Assembly (NCBI GenBank): GCA_002189035.1
Contig: CM007992.1
Span: forward strand, 1,674,001 to 1,738,000
Direction: 5' to 3'
Length of the DNA: 64,000 bases
Source of the DNA: Utricularia gibba
Taxonomy: Eukaryota > Plantae > Magnoliophyta
How positions within the stretch are numbered: the stretch's first letter is position 1; each line of letters begins with the position of its first letter. Of the stretch, positions 1 to 12,115 are shown one piece after another. The notes under the pieces were generated by a model. That model did no database searches, was not told the origin of the DNA, and saw nothing but the letters and a program-made list of their open reading frames with translations. The position numbers were made by a program, and so were the translations under genes.

Positions 1-666
1 TAGAGACTCATGAGCTCCCTGCAACGTGGCGCAGATCCACCAATCCGCATGCGAAAGTGTCCAACCGAGTTTACTTGCGTTCAAGAATCCCTTCATTCTT
101 TAAGCATGATTTGATGCTCCGTTCCTTACATTTTGTGCATGATTTCATTTGAAAAGTTAGCGCATTCTTATCTGCAGAAAGAATGCGTCTTATGGAGCAA
201 AAGATGAAAAGCTCATGCACATTGTATTTTATTGGGTGGTCGTAGCCACACCACCGAAAAAGACGGATCCACCGGCAAAGATTTCCCCCGCGGTGAAAAA
301 AAAGCTTTCTGGAAGTCGGGTCGTGACCATTTGCTGTAGAGTTAACCACAGAGCGTCATGGTGGATTGGGCTGCCTGTTTTTAATAGCATTCACTCATCC
401 CACGGCTGTGCCTGTGTTTGTAATAATGATGGGCATGAGATTATGCAAGTGTTCCGGAACACTCAAAAGTTACGCACTGCAGCTGCATAGAGAGGTGTGG
501 TGTGCATGCTGGAAGATTGAACTCGTGGTTGGTTGGGGGAGTAAATGGGAGGCAATAAATGTGAACAAAGGGAATCTCTGCAAATGTTGTTTGGAGGAGC
601 TGCAGAGGGAGATGGAGGTGGATGCATTGAATTGCAACAGCAGACCAAGATTCCCTTCTCTTCATT

Positions 667-768
667 CATTACCATTACCATTACCATTCATTGCCGGCTG
701 CCTGCCTTTCTTCATCAACCACCACCACTTGAACTTCAATTCTTTCTCACTCACTCACTCACTCACTC
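667..768. repeat. Short microsatellites: (CCATTA)n at ~667-688 and (TCAC)5 at 747-768
   Basis: Directly visible: cattaccattaccattaccatt and tcactcactcactcactcactc. Confidence 0.85.
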
Positions 769-1393
769 TCCCACAAAACACACACATTAAATGTGCCACA
801 TGCACGCAGACATGCCTCCATCTCCATTTGCATTTATCACTTCTGTTTCCCTGTCCACCCCGTACCTTGTAAAATGATTAACCAGGAGTGGAGGAGCAGT
901 TGAGCACTTTGTCCAATGCTCATAACCACTCCTCCCATTCCATTGGTGCATGGACAGACAGTTTAGAGCGTGGATAAGTTGGGAATTCAAAGTGAATCAG
1001 CATCTGATTTTTTCATGGGAATCCGGACAACATTCAACTTGGGGATCTTACAGCTGGGAGGGCCGGCAGATGGATGGGCTGTTTGTAGTATTCAGGCTGC
1101 AGCTGACTTGTGGAGCCACAAACACATCCTAAGGAGGTTTATTATCGTGCAGCATGCAGAAGAAAACACACAAATGAGACAACACAGCAATGGTGAAGAA
1201 AGCTAGGAAGACCGCAAGATGTTTCTAGAGCAACCAACTCGCAGCAGCTCCAAGGATATGCTCGAAATCAATGTGATCACCATAAGGCGAAAAAGAAAAT
1301 ATTTGGCAGCCTAGCACTGAGGGTTTTCAACTGTGACAAATATGGAACAAGACAAAATATCAGTTGAGTAATGTGCATCAGCAAACCATTAAG

Positions 1394-4300
1394 TTAATAA
1401 AGACATCCACCACGCTCTATGGATCCCCTTTCGTCCTCAAGTCTCTCCGAAAGATCATGATGGAGCATTTCCACGAAATCCTGTTAAGTCACAGAAAGAG
1501 TGAAAGAGCGGCAAAAACATGCATATTTCCACCTTCATGTATGGGTCAGCAGAGCAGACGAACCTGAAATAGCTCTTGATTATTGCACAAGTCATTGATT
1601 CCTTCGTCGGAGATGCCGATGTTGGAAATATTTACGGCACGGGCGATCACGGAATGAAATAAGGCTTCAGTTGAGTTCTGGTTTTCACGGTTCTGAAGCG
1701 TCTGTTGGGTTCCAACCTGCAGGGTGTCAAAAATGTTCTAGAAATAAATATAACCATAATGCAGGCAAGGAATAATAGACAACTCTAAAAAAAAGGTGGA
1801 TTATCACTCATGCATCACCTCTTTTCTAGTTCTGCTTTCTGAGGGAAGTGGTACGGTGCTAGCACCACGAGAACCGGACGAAACCCCACCCAACGCCTGA
1901 GACACTATGGGCATCATCTGCTGCATCATTCTTGATAGATCAAACCCACCCCCAGCCCCCCCTTGAATTCCTGGGAACATGCTTCCAAGATCTTGGCTTT
2001 CAACTTGTTGAACTATCCGATTCATAGTGCTCCTCATTGTAGGATTCTCAGTGAACTGTTGCAGCATGCCTCTGAAAACGTCTGGGGTACCAACCCCAGT
2101 TTGCTGTGCAACTCCAGCCAAGAGGCCATCAAGAGCAGGGCTCTGCATAATTTGAGACATCGCATCAGCAATGTCACCTTGATTATTGAAGTTCTGACTA
2201 TTGGTGGGCACAGTCGCTCCTTCGTTTGCTGGAGGGTCCACAGACAAAGGGGAAGTTCCTTTGCTAGCCTGTGATGCAAGAGAGAGCAGAACTTGTTGCC
2301 CAACATCTGCAGGCTGCTGAGTTTGATGCGCAGTACTACCTTCGTCATTACTCTTGACATGCGATTTCGTTTTCCTAGCTTGCCTCTGACCACAAGTAGA
2401 GAACCTCATTGAGCATGTCAAATATGTCCAACAGAGAACTTGGTCATAATTCAAACAAATAATTATGTACCAAATGAAAAAAAAAGGAAAAGCCAGAGAT
2501 TCCAGTAAAAATTTGTTGAAAGCAATTTTACGAGGTAGGTAATTAAACAGCTAAGGTGCAAGATGCATACTATGCTTCAATAATACAAGATCGGAGTATC
2601 GGAGTTCAACCTTAGGCTGAAGACCTCCCAATCCCAGACCAATAGGGACTTTGGCAGAACCATCAGAACCAGTGTTGTCAAGATTAGAAGCACTTGACCC
2701 TCCATCTGCCTTAGAGGAAAAATCAGCATTTGACTTCAAACACGATACCCCTTTGTTTTCATCAGCTAGGACCTGCAAGTTCTCATTCAGAAATCAAATG
2801 AACCAGCTGCATAATGCAACAAAAAACATTGAGTGTGTCCATTTAGCCTTATTCTTGTCTCTTACCACATCATCGCCTCTGGAACTAACAGGAACATCAC
2901 TGGTAGTACCCTCCGAATTACCTAACAAAATTCCAAAAAAAAAAAATTGCGATCCAATCTACACACCAAATGAAATTTATCACATAAATACCTGACGATG
3001 AATGATTCTGCACGTTAGGGAAAAGGCTTCTAACTTCAATTTCAGGAGGCTGCTGAAAATCATTAAGATTTGATGAAACGCCTGAGGATGATAAGGATGG
3101 AGCTTGTGAGGGCACAGCAGCAGCACTGGAAGCCATCCCAGATACAGCTTGTGAAGGACCAGTTACACTGGCATGCTCTCCACGGGCTCCTTCTCCATTA
3201 GGCGCCCTATTCCCAAGTATAGAAACATTCGGTGCCAACGATGCTCCTAGTTGAAAAACATAGAAAACCGCATATTGAGAATCATAACAGCGCGTAAAAC
3301 CCACCATAAGTTAGATGATATACCACCAGCATGTATATGAATATTCACATTCCTTGGAATAGCAGCCACACCATGATTTGTTGAGAACCCGGTGGATGAA
3401 CCAAAAAGAGAGCTGGTTTGAAGCGGAAAAGGCTGAAAATGATAAAACAGAAAAAAGTATTTCATTGGCATCAACTACACAGAGAAAAACTGAGAGAAAC
3501 AATGTTTATGACCAAAGCATACCAATGTTTTGCACGGTAAAGTGAAACAAAAATTGCTAAACATTAAGAAAGACATTGCTGGATCAAAATAACACACCAG
3601 CATATCAAATAAGAACCAAAAAGAAAACCGGGTCAAAAGCATTATAAAGAAAGACAAAATTCAGGATAAAATTCTATACAAAAGAAAGAAATTAATTATG
3701 AACCTGGGCCATAATAGGATTGGGTCCTGATGCAGATATATAAACAGCAGGACCAGCATTGACAGAAGATTCTTCCTGAATAGAAGTTAAGAATTGTTAA
3801 TAGTTTCATACAAAAAGATAAGTTATGAATGACTCAATCCATGGAGGCAGACATACAGATGTCCGCCCCAACCGAAGAGTCAAAATGGTCCTCCCCAGTT
3901 CCAGAAAAAGAGCTCCTAGGTGCTGCATCGCCATGCCTAACCGAACTGACTCCATCTGCATTTGCTCCCTCACTGAAGAATCGTTGGCTGCTGCCTCCCC
4001 ACTCAAGCGGCCTGCAGTGTGCTACAAATCAACATATGAGATGTTACTGGATTTAAAAAAATTGAACCAAAAAAAAATTAATAACAAACAAATCAGAAGA
4101 ATTTCAATTATCTCCAACAGCTCATTCTGACATGGGCTGTCTACATAGCCATCTGCATAACAGAAGTGAAAAACGTATACAACAGAAACAAACTAAATAA
4201 TGAAAAATTTCTTACAGATAATGAAGGAACAACGTGGTTGCTGAGAAGAGTTTGAGCGCGTTCTAGAACTATCTTCAGTGCTTCCACTGTGGGCAAGCCA

Positions 4301-6012
4301 CGCGAATTTAATGGAAGTTCTGAAGTGAGTCTGTCGGCACTGGTGGACACTGATGATGTTGGTTGATCAGCTGAGGATAGGCGCAAAAGCACTCTTAAAC
4401 AAGAGACACCAAACGAAGAGCATCTAAAAAATGTTAAATGGCATTACCATTTTGTGAGAATGCCAACTCCATTCTATTGATGAATTTAACAAGTGTGCTC
4501 AATGATTCAGGAATTGGCTGCAGCAGAGCAAAACAAAAAGTTGAAGTGAACCAAGTCATCCAAGTCCATGTAACAATAGAAATCGTATTTTACCATATGC
4601 AGCGAGGGAATAGCAATAGCTGCACCCAATGGAATTGGCATAGCACGGGAAGCAGGTTGAGTTTGACCAGAATGCAATGACACTGAAGGATTTGCATTTC
4701 CCTCGGTTCTAGGATCAGGTTGGGAAGCTTCTGCTTCATTTGGATGAAAGCTCTGTAATGATGGCAAGCAATGGAGGAAAAATCACTCGAAGAGTCAACT
4801 AAAATTGATCTCACAATGATTGGAAAAATGAGTGTTGTAGCATGAAACCACAAGCAATGATATTCCACTATCAAATATAAGAGAATTTTGAAGCAGCAGA
4901 AGTTGTTAATGTGCACACCCACTAGTAGTATTTAATGCTTATGCCAAGTGGTAAATGAGGGAATGTAATGGGAGGTCCAAACCGCTCGAAAAGGGTAAAG
5001 AAAGATATCCTTAATCTAGTGTACAAGACGAAAAATGAAAAAACAATGAAGAAGGCCAAACCGGAACACCATTTTGCATGCCTCCAGCTTGATGGCCGAT
5101 TCCAACAGTATTCAAAACCGCCCCAATGATCTAAAAAGGAAGATATTAAGAGTGTATGAACTATAGGACAACATATGAATTGGAAATGCTGTGAGAACAT
5201 ACTTCACCTACCCGATTTATATCCGGCACAGCACCTTCCGCTGGATCTCCAATATTTAATGTTCCTAAGACTATACTTTGGGCAATGGGCGTAATATGAC
5301 TGCGTGGTCCACCAACATTAAAATCAGGCCCTGCAATCATGGGAAACAAAAAATAAAATGATTAATCCAGAAATATCAAAACAATTTGCATGTTCGAGAA
5401 AAGTGGTAAACGTCAGTCAATACCTCTACCACCAAGTCCTGTGGTTGGATCTACAGTAGTCGACGAAGGTGGGGGTTGTGGCTGTCTCTCAACTAAGTGC
5501 AATGTATCCCCATTTTCTACATCTTTCATTTTGTTAAGAAAATGAAAAAGAAAAACAACCAGTCGCAGATGAATCTACAACCCACATAAAGATATAACAG
5601 GAATGCAGACTGTTGGCATTTAAAAGGGTGCCAAAGAAAATGCACTCAAATAACTGCACTGAAGATAAAAAGCAATATCATCAGGATACTATATTCCGAC
5701 AAACGATGATGATCCTTCAACACTTTCCCCCTAAAAATAAGACGTTGCTGTGCAACAGGTACTGCACACTGATCAGCTATTTTCTCCTTGAATGCAGATA
5801 CAACAGTCTGCAAGGGATCACATTAAGTGCATGGTAGGAAAAAAAAGAGTTTTTTTTTAAATAAAAAAAAATAACTGTACTACATTTTTATCCACGTGAA
5901 AGCTGTAAATCTGTGAATCTAGTGTCTTGATATTGAGCTGAATTGTTGAATCAGAATTCCCAACAGATACACCACTTGCACTTGCGCCTTCAGAAGACTT
6001 CCGCTGAGCCAT
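1394..6012 (-). CDS. Ubiquitin-like-domain protein, BAG6/Scythe (CIP73-like) family; multi-exon
   Basis: Exons read on minus strand with GT-AG borders: 5884-6012 (MAQRKSSEG...IQLNIKTLDSQIYSFHVDKN), 5690-5807 (TVVSAFKEKIADQCAVPVAQQRLIFRGKVLKDHHRLSEY), then DVENGDTLHLVERQP = complete N-terminal UBL domain. Then GGPRSHITPIAQSIVLGTLNIG, ALKIVLERAQTLL, ESVRLGMAMQHLGALFLELGRTILTLRLG, KVPIGLGLGGLQPK, FDLSRMMQQMMPIVSQAL; last exons 1564-1716 and 1394-1480 (DFVEMLHHDLSERLEDERGSIERGGCLY*). Internal exon borders not all resolved. Confidence 0.9.
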
Positions 6013-6942
6013 GTAGTTAAAAGAGAAGGGTCCCTGGGCTCAAAGATATTAAAGTATTAGAGTTCTGAAATAGCGTTTAGCATCTCGATCGGCTTATAAC
6101 TGAATAATATCCAACTCTTTTGGAAAAAGCAGTTAAACCCCCAAGATATTTATAGCCATTCATTGCCAGCATTCTGGCGCACTTTAAGAAACATATACTT
6201 GACCATGCTATCGTCATAAGCTCAGAGAAGTCATATTCAACTTAAAAGGTTCAATTCCAGTAAAAAGATGTTCCACCACCAGCCCAATAGAGTTGCTTCC
6301 TTTTTTTTTTTTTCTTTTTCCAACGGAAATTCTTCTTGTCCGAAGATATTGAAAAGGAGATACTCAATGCGAAAACCAGAAAAAAAAAAGAAAAGAATAA
6401 CCTTCACAATAAACAAACAGCATCAGGTCATTAGACCGGCAAGAACAATATCAAGGAGAGTCCGCAGACCTAAATACCTATGTGGTAACCATAGCGTTCA
6501 CTATAACATCATTACTCATTAGCAAAATAACAAAACAGATGCAAGAGATGTAAAAAAATCGGAACTTCTCTAGCAAATATCAATGATGATAAAAAAAAGA
6601 AAAGCTCTGCAGGTTGGCAGAAACATGAAGCAAATCCAGAGGAGCGTAACAGACAAAAAAAAACGCAAAAACACAGAAACGAACGAAGATCTGCAAAAAG
6701 GAGAGGAATCGAAACCTTGAGGAATACGGAGATGATAATGGAGAAAAATCGCGTTGAAATGATTAAGATCGAACCGGAGAGACGAGACCAGGAAGGGCTT
6801 AGACGTCATCAAGGTTTCCACATTTCTTCTTTTACCAGTGAAGACTATACCCCGCTTTTTGTGGCGGCCCGCGGCCCTCTCCTGTAACACGCTTTTGATT
6901 TGTTTCACATCGAAATGGAAGTGCAACTTTACTTTGCCTTCA

Positions 6943-7032
6943 AGCCCATTGGGCCCGGGGATTCAAGAACCGGGAATTATTTTTTCTGACCCGGCCTATC
7001 AATCCCTAGTTCTATGCATTAGTCCAAGCCCA
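6943..7032. promoter_or_regulatory. Site II (TGGGCY/RGCCCA) cluster in proximal promoter of the BAG6-like gene
   Basis: AGCCCA 6943-6948, TGGGCC 6950-6955, AGCCCA 7027-7032, just upstream of the CT-rich (on minus) 5'UTR exon at ~6600-6780. Confidence 0.6.
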
Positions 7033-7051
7033 TCAAACCACTGGGTCAAGT

Positions 7052-8450
7052 TAGGGATGTGCATGAACCTGATTGTACTTATTTACTTAAAAAATGATCA
7101 AATCCAAATTCAAAAAAATAATAAACTCAAATCCAAATCCAAAAAAATTGAACTATATTAAATTAAAAACCAATCCATTGAATTCACAATTTGATATATA
7201 TTGGCTTTAATCATATCTTCTATTAATATCTCATAATTGATTTTTTTCATATAAGATTTACGTGAATAAATTAATTTATATAGATGTTATTATTATAAAA
7301 CAACACAATAATATTTATATTCTTAAATAAAAAATAATTTATAATAAATACAATAGATTACTTAGCATTCATTCCAATTTTTTTAAAAAACATAGAAAAT
7401 TTTATTATATATAACAACAAATTCCTTAAATAATAAAGATTTTATTGGATAATGGACAACTAGGAATTGACTATAGAAATTAAATTTTCTATATCCTCTC
7501 TTGTTATCTTGAATATCACTTTTGTAAAATCATCCACCTCTGATTTCGAAGGAACTATTATAAAAATAAGAAACTAAAGTAAAATGAATATAAAATATAT
7601 TGATACCATAAATTGTTCTTTGCAATCAAACTAAAGCTTCAAAAATGTCATGGGACATTCCACTATGATATTCATCTAATATTCTCCCACCCCATACCAT
7701 ACAAAAGGCCAATTATTATGCTATGATAGAGGCTTAAATAGGTAATATATCTATTGTCATTTGTATTAATAATGGATATCTAGTTTTGTAAGTTTTTAAG
7801 AAATTTAATATATCAATCTCATTTGAATTAGAAGACCTTGTCTCATCAAGATAATGTTGTAGATGAATCTTTGAGAACATTCCAATCTTCTTACAAGAAT
7901 CAAATTTCTATATCATAAAAAAATTAAAATATATTGAAAAAAATATAGTTAATGACACAAATTTTATTGTTATTACTTGAAGTATATATCGAAGAACCTT
8001 GGGTCTGTAATGAGAAGAAAACTATCATACAACACTCATTTTGGGACCCGTGGTGCTACTAATGGCCTTGATATATTCTTGAAAAATCGGATACAATTTA
8101 TGTAGTACTCTTCTATTTTCTAAAGAACCATGTCTATATATTTCAAAATATCACCAATCAACAAATTCAAATTTGTATCCTTCAATATTTATAAAACTTT
8201 GAATGCATTTGTAGGGTCATTTTCTTCATGAACTCGTCCATGTTGTTCATTGCATTGATCAAAATAAATAGAATTTTAAAAACCAAGTGAAAAAATAATT
8301 TTCATATCAAATAAAATTTATAATCTCAACTCAATAATAAGCATTTCCTAAAATAAAATTTATATTAGAATTGAAGTTTATTATGAAGAGTAAGTGGTTG
8401 CAACATATTTTTTGACATACAAATTACATAATAGTTTTACTCTTAGTCTT
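7052..8450 (-). mobile_element. Degenerate hAT (Ac-like) DNA transposon, C-terminal transposase remnant plus one terminus
   Basis: Minus-strand translation ~7640-7880: LQHYLDETR...IDILNFLKTYKTRYPLLIQMTIDILPI*ASIIA...GGRILDEYHSGMSHDIFEALV*LQ matches the hAT dimerisation domain (ELDRYL / FDILxWWK...YPILSxMARD / GGRVLD). TAGGGATGTGCAT at 7052 is a hAT-type terminus followed by AAATCC subterminal repeats. Upper boundary approximate. Confidence 0.8.
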
Positions 8451-8619
8451 AAACTAAACTAAAGACAGCATACAAGGTCAGAAATCTAAATCAGATAAAA
8501 ATTTAGAAAGTAACAAACTTAAGTTTATTTCACAAAATAAAACTATGGTACGTGCAGTTCTTAAAGCTTGTTTGAAGATATCTAAAGATTGGATATATTT
8601 ATTTTGAGCTCACAATGTT

Positions 8620-8890
8620 ACTCCTTCAGAGATCCAATTTGATGATCGATACTCATGTTATTTTAAGGTTGTATATGATGTATTAGTTTATCTATTCTCC
8701 TAATATGTTGTCTAATTATTATTGGATGATTTTTAAACTCTTATATTGCATTGGAGCCATAGATGGTACCCACATTGATGGAATTCTGGTACCAGAAAAG
8801 CAAACTCCATTTATCAGAAGGAAGAAGAAACCAACATAAAACATGATGGTTGCATGTGATTTTAATTTGTATTTCACTTTTGTGTCTGCC
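8620..8890 (+). mobile_element. PIF/Harbinger transposase DDE fragment
   Basis: Plus-strand translation ~8745-8890: CIGAIDGTHIDGILVPEKQTPFIRRKKKPT*NMMVACDFNLYFTFVSA (canonical CIGAIDGTH...QNVMAACDF motif); preceded by DDRYSCYFK and an intron-like gap. Confidence 0.8.
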
Positions 8891-9060
8891 TGTTAAGTGT
8901 CATTTTCTTATTATCTTTTAGTTCATTTTCTATATCTAAAGATAATCAGAATTGTCAAATTGTAGATTTATAATATAAGTTTTCAGTTTTATATAGATTA
9001 GGATAAATATCTTAATTTATGTGTTTTATCTAAGATTTTTATCTAATTTTGTTTAAGTTT

Positions 9061-10176
9061 TGTTAGGAGCGAACATGTGACAAAAAATGTGAGAAAGGAA
9101 GCATTACATGGTGATAAAATATTTTTTTCCAAACTGATGTTTCCTTGATTTCCAGAAAATTAAACATGCCTAATGATGAACCTTAATGTGCAATACATGA
9201 GAGCCTTTTACAGAAGAAATTATTAGCATATCAGTGTCAAAGTAGCAGGTACTTTGCAAGTCACTCCAGCTCATAGCAGGATGAGAGTGATACAAAAACT
9301 CAAATAGAAGGAATTCAATTCAGTTTGTAGTTTGGAGACTTGGAGTTCAATTTTCAATTCTAGTTTTAGACTTAATTTATCTCTATAGAGGATTTTACTT
9401 TAACTTCTGTGTATAATTTTGCTTTTGTTTTTGTTAGTTTGTATTACCGTTCATAGCTAAAAACCCTTGTTTCTACGTTGGGAGACTCCTAGCTCTACAT
9501 TTCACTAGTTGATCTCCACTTCTTTTTTAAATCTAATCATATTACAATCTTTCTGTAATAACCTCTCATTCAAGATTCACGGTTAATTGATCATTGCTCA
9601 TGAGTTTTGAAAAGAAATAAGGTGTAAAGCACCAATTCACACTCTAATGGTTCAAGGGAGACAACGTTTTGTTTGTAGCCATATTTCAGAATCATTGAAT
9701 AGATAGTGATATCGTATCTCTACCCATTGAGTCATTGGCTATACTCGGGCACATGCGTGTCATTTGACAATGAGAGTGAGGATGGTAGGACCTCTTGTCT
9801 TCCCGTTTGTGCAAGGAGGAGCAACATTGGACTATTTCCATGTTTCCTTGCAAAAAAGTATAAGGAAGGGTAAGCAATTACTTATTCCTACAATCAAGTA
9901 CTTAAGAAGATTATAGAAGAGTGAAAATGCAATGAACATAGTTAAGTAGAATTCCAATCCCATAAACTTCCCTTAAATTAAGTTTTATTGCTTAAGTTTA
10001 TTTGTATTATTTTTTTTACAATTTCCTTATTCAAGCTTCACTATTTACGTTTTTATCATCTTTTACTTTACAAATCTGTTTAAAAATTAACTCCTTATGT
10101 TCGACATCCATATTATGTATTTTATGTTTTACAAGTTAAAAATCTTCAAACATCGTTGTGAAAACGATATGCATCA
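9061..10176 (+). mobile_element. Degenerate Ty3/Athila-type LTR (local family C)
   Basis: 9650-9900 aligns by eye with 55250-55450 (agggagacaacg.../agggagataacg...; cccattgagtcattgg/ccattagtcattgg); ends gcatca at 10176. Start approximate. Confidence 0.5.
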
Positions 10177-10560
10177 AATTCACATGTTTGCCTAATTTCC
10201 TTATTCGAGCTTCACAATTGCCTGAGTTGAGCTTGAAATCTTTCCTAATCTCGATCTCTATACAAAATGAAAGAAAAAAAAAGGGAAGAGAGGAAGAAAT
10301 GAAAAGAGACCACCGGTATTCCTTTGGAAGTCTAACTATGTCATGTTAGCTTATTTAATCTTTGAAAGCACTTATTATGATGAAATTCACATATATGCAT
10401 GAGTGATTACTTGTCTTACACATTGGCACTCTTCCAATTCTTGTATTTTGGACTTAAATGTTAAGTGTTTGCATGCCTGTTTGGAAATCCCTCAATTGCT
10501 TAGCTCCTGTTAGTCTTAGTTAGGACTTGAGGACAAGTCTAATGTCGTTATAGCATAATG

Positions 10561-11590
10561 TGATAACATATATTTTTGAGTGTTTAGGAGTAGGAAAATG
10601 CCTAATATTTTACTACAAAACTCGAGTTCTAGCATGAATTCTTATATTTTTATGACTAATACTGCAATCACGTGTTTTATTCCTAGCTGGGACTAGGTTT
10701 AGTCCCAACTCTGTTTGTAATAGTTACTTTGAGCAATGCAGCGATTGTAAGCTATCCCAAATCCCGAGGAGTCGGAAAAGAACAGTGTAATCACAGAAAG
10801 TATGGGCAAAAAACTGGATAAAGTACAAACAAATCCCAAGGAAGAGGAAAAGAAGATTTTGAAAATGATGGGAGAGAGAAAGGGGGAGAGGACCATTTTT
10901 TGAATGAGGATGGAGACTTTTGGAAATATATCTCGATCCCAAGAACACCCAGAAAAGGGAGGAAGACGATCTAGAACAACAAGCTCTCTTTTGAAGATTT
11001 TCTTCCGCTTTTGAAGAATGCTATTTCTAGTTTAGAATAGTTTTAGCTTTACTGCGTGAACCATTGGTATTTTCTATTTCTGTTATGCATTACTTGTTGT
11101 TGTTTAACTTTAAGACTATAATGTTGCTTAAGATATGGTATGAAAACATTTTTTTTCCTTATTATAAGTGACTAAGTACTTAGAGGGGTGCCTTAGGGTG
11201 AAAAAGAGAGAAATGTGCTAATCAATCTTTAGACTTTATTAACCTAAGTCATGCCACTTCCTTTACAAACCAGGATAGATCCAGGAGAGGGAATTAGTGA
11301 AACTTATCTTAACAACTCTAATTAGAGGTACACAAAAAATTAGGAGGAAAACAAGAGTCTAGTAGACCTAAACTTTGTTTGTTAGTTATTTGATTTATGG
11401 TTTGTGAGAGCGTGTTTAGTGATAAGCATACATCTCCTAGGAGTCCCAAGACATAACCCATTTCATCTTAGAAACAATCGATTTCAAAAGTTTGTTACTT
11501 TTCTTTACTACATTCTATCACAATTTTATCTTAATCCCAGTTAAGATCAAATCTATCAACGTGACATTGATTGCATGCACTGACCAACAA
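10561..11590 (+). mobile_element. Athila-type LTR (local family B), 3'-truncated, preceded by degenerate PPT region
   Basis: Starts TGATAACATATATTTTTGAGTG as do copies at 53120 (+) and 36821 (-); immediately upstream ttgaggacaag at ~10527, the conserved pre-PPT motif of Athila elements. Confidence 0.75.
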
Positions 11591-12115
11591 AGTGTCAGTT
11601 GCAAGATCTCGAATATGACAACCATGCAAGTAAACTTAAACTTAAGATCAACAAAGTTATCTTGATCTTAAGCTCGCATTTTCCCTCATTACTAATGATA
11701 GTTTAACCATGGCTTGCCTACTGTGGATGAGAAGGAATGTGACTCCTTAAAGTTAGAGATAGTTGATTGATCACTAAAGAATTCATCACTCATGTTAGAT
11801 ATGAAATCTTATTTCAAGTAATTGCATTAAAGCCTAACAGTAAGTCCTGAGCTTAGGGTAATGACACTCGAAGTGTTTGAGTAGGTCATTGAGTATTAGT
11901 GCTTAAATGCAATTATAAGTTGGATACATCAGAAACACATACACCCATGTTCTGATATCGAATGTGATATAAATATGATGAAAGTTGTTCATTGCATGGT
12001 GGCTAGTCATGAAAAGACTCAATCAGTTCACTTGATTATTTGTACATTTTGGGATCATAATATATTGCTAGACATCACTCATGATTGATAATAATGGATT
12101 TGTTAATTAAGAGTT
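11590..12115 (+). mobile_element. Probable Ty1/Angela-lineage LTR fragment (5' part; likely continues at ~17020-17611)
   Basis: Contains gggatcataatatattgctagac, which I recall as typical of Angela LTRs; interrupted at 12116 by the Athila element. Assignment from memory only. Confidence 0.4.

Noticed and set aside
10-30. GAGCTCCCT resembling part of the miR159/319 complement
   Set aside because: Only 9 nt match, flanks disagree and no hairpin partner was seen.
1-1200. Overlapping ORFs on both strands (71-349, 215-490, 366-872 etc.) and a possible + strand terminal exon pair (THELPATWRRSTNPHAK / KECVLWSKR*)
   Set aside because: No recognisable domain; the ORFs run through microsatellites; the splice donor would be weak. 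Could be the end or promoter of a gene outside the window, but not supportable.
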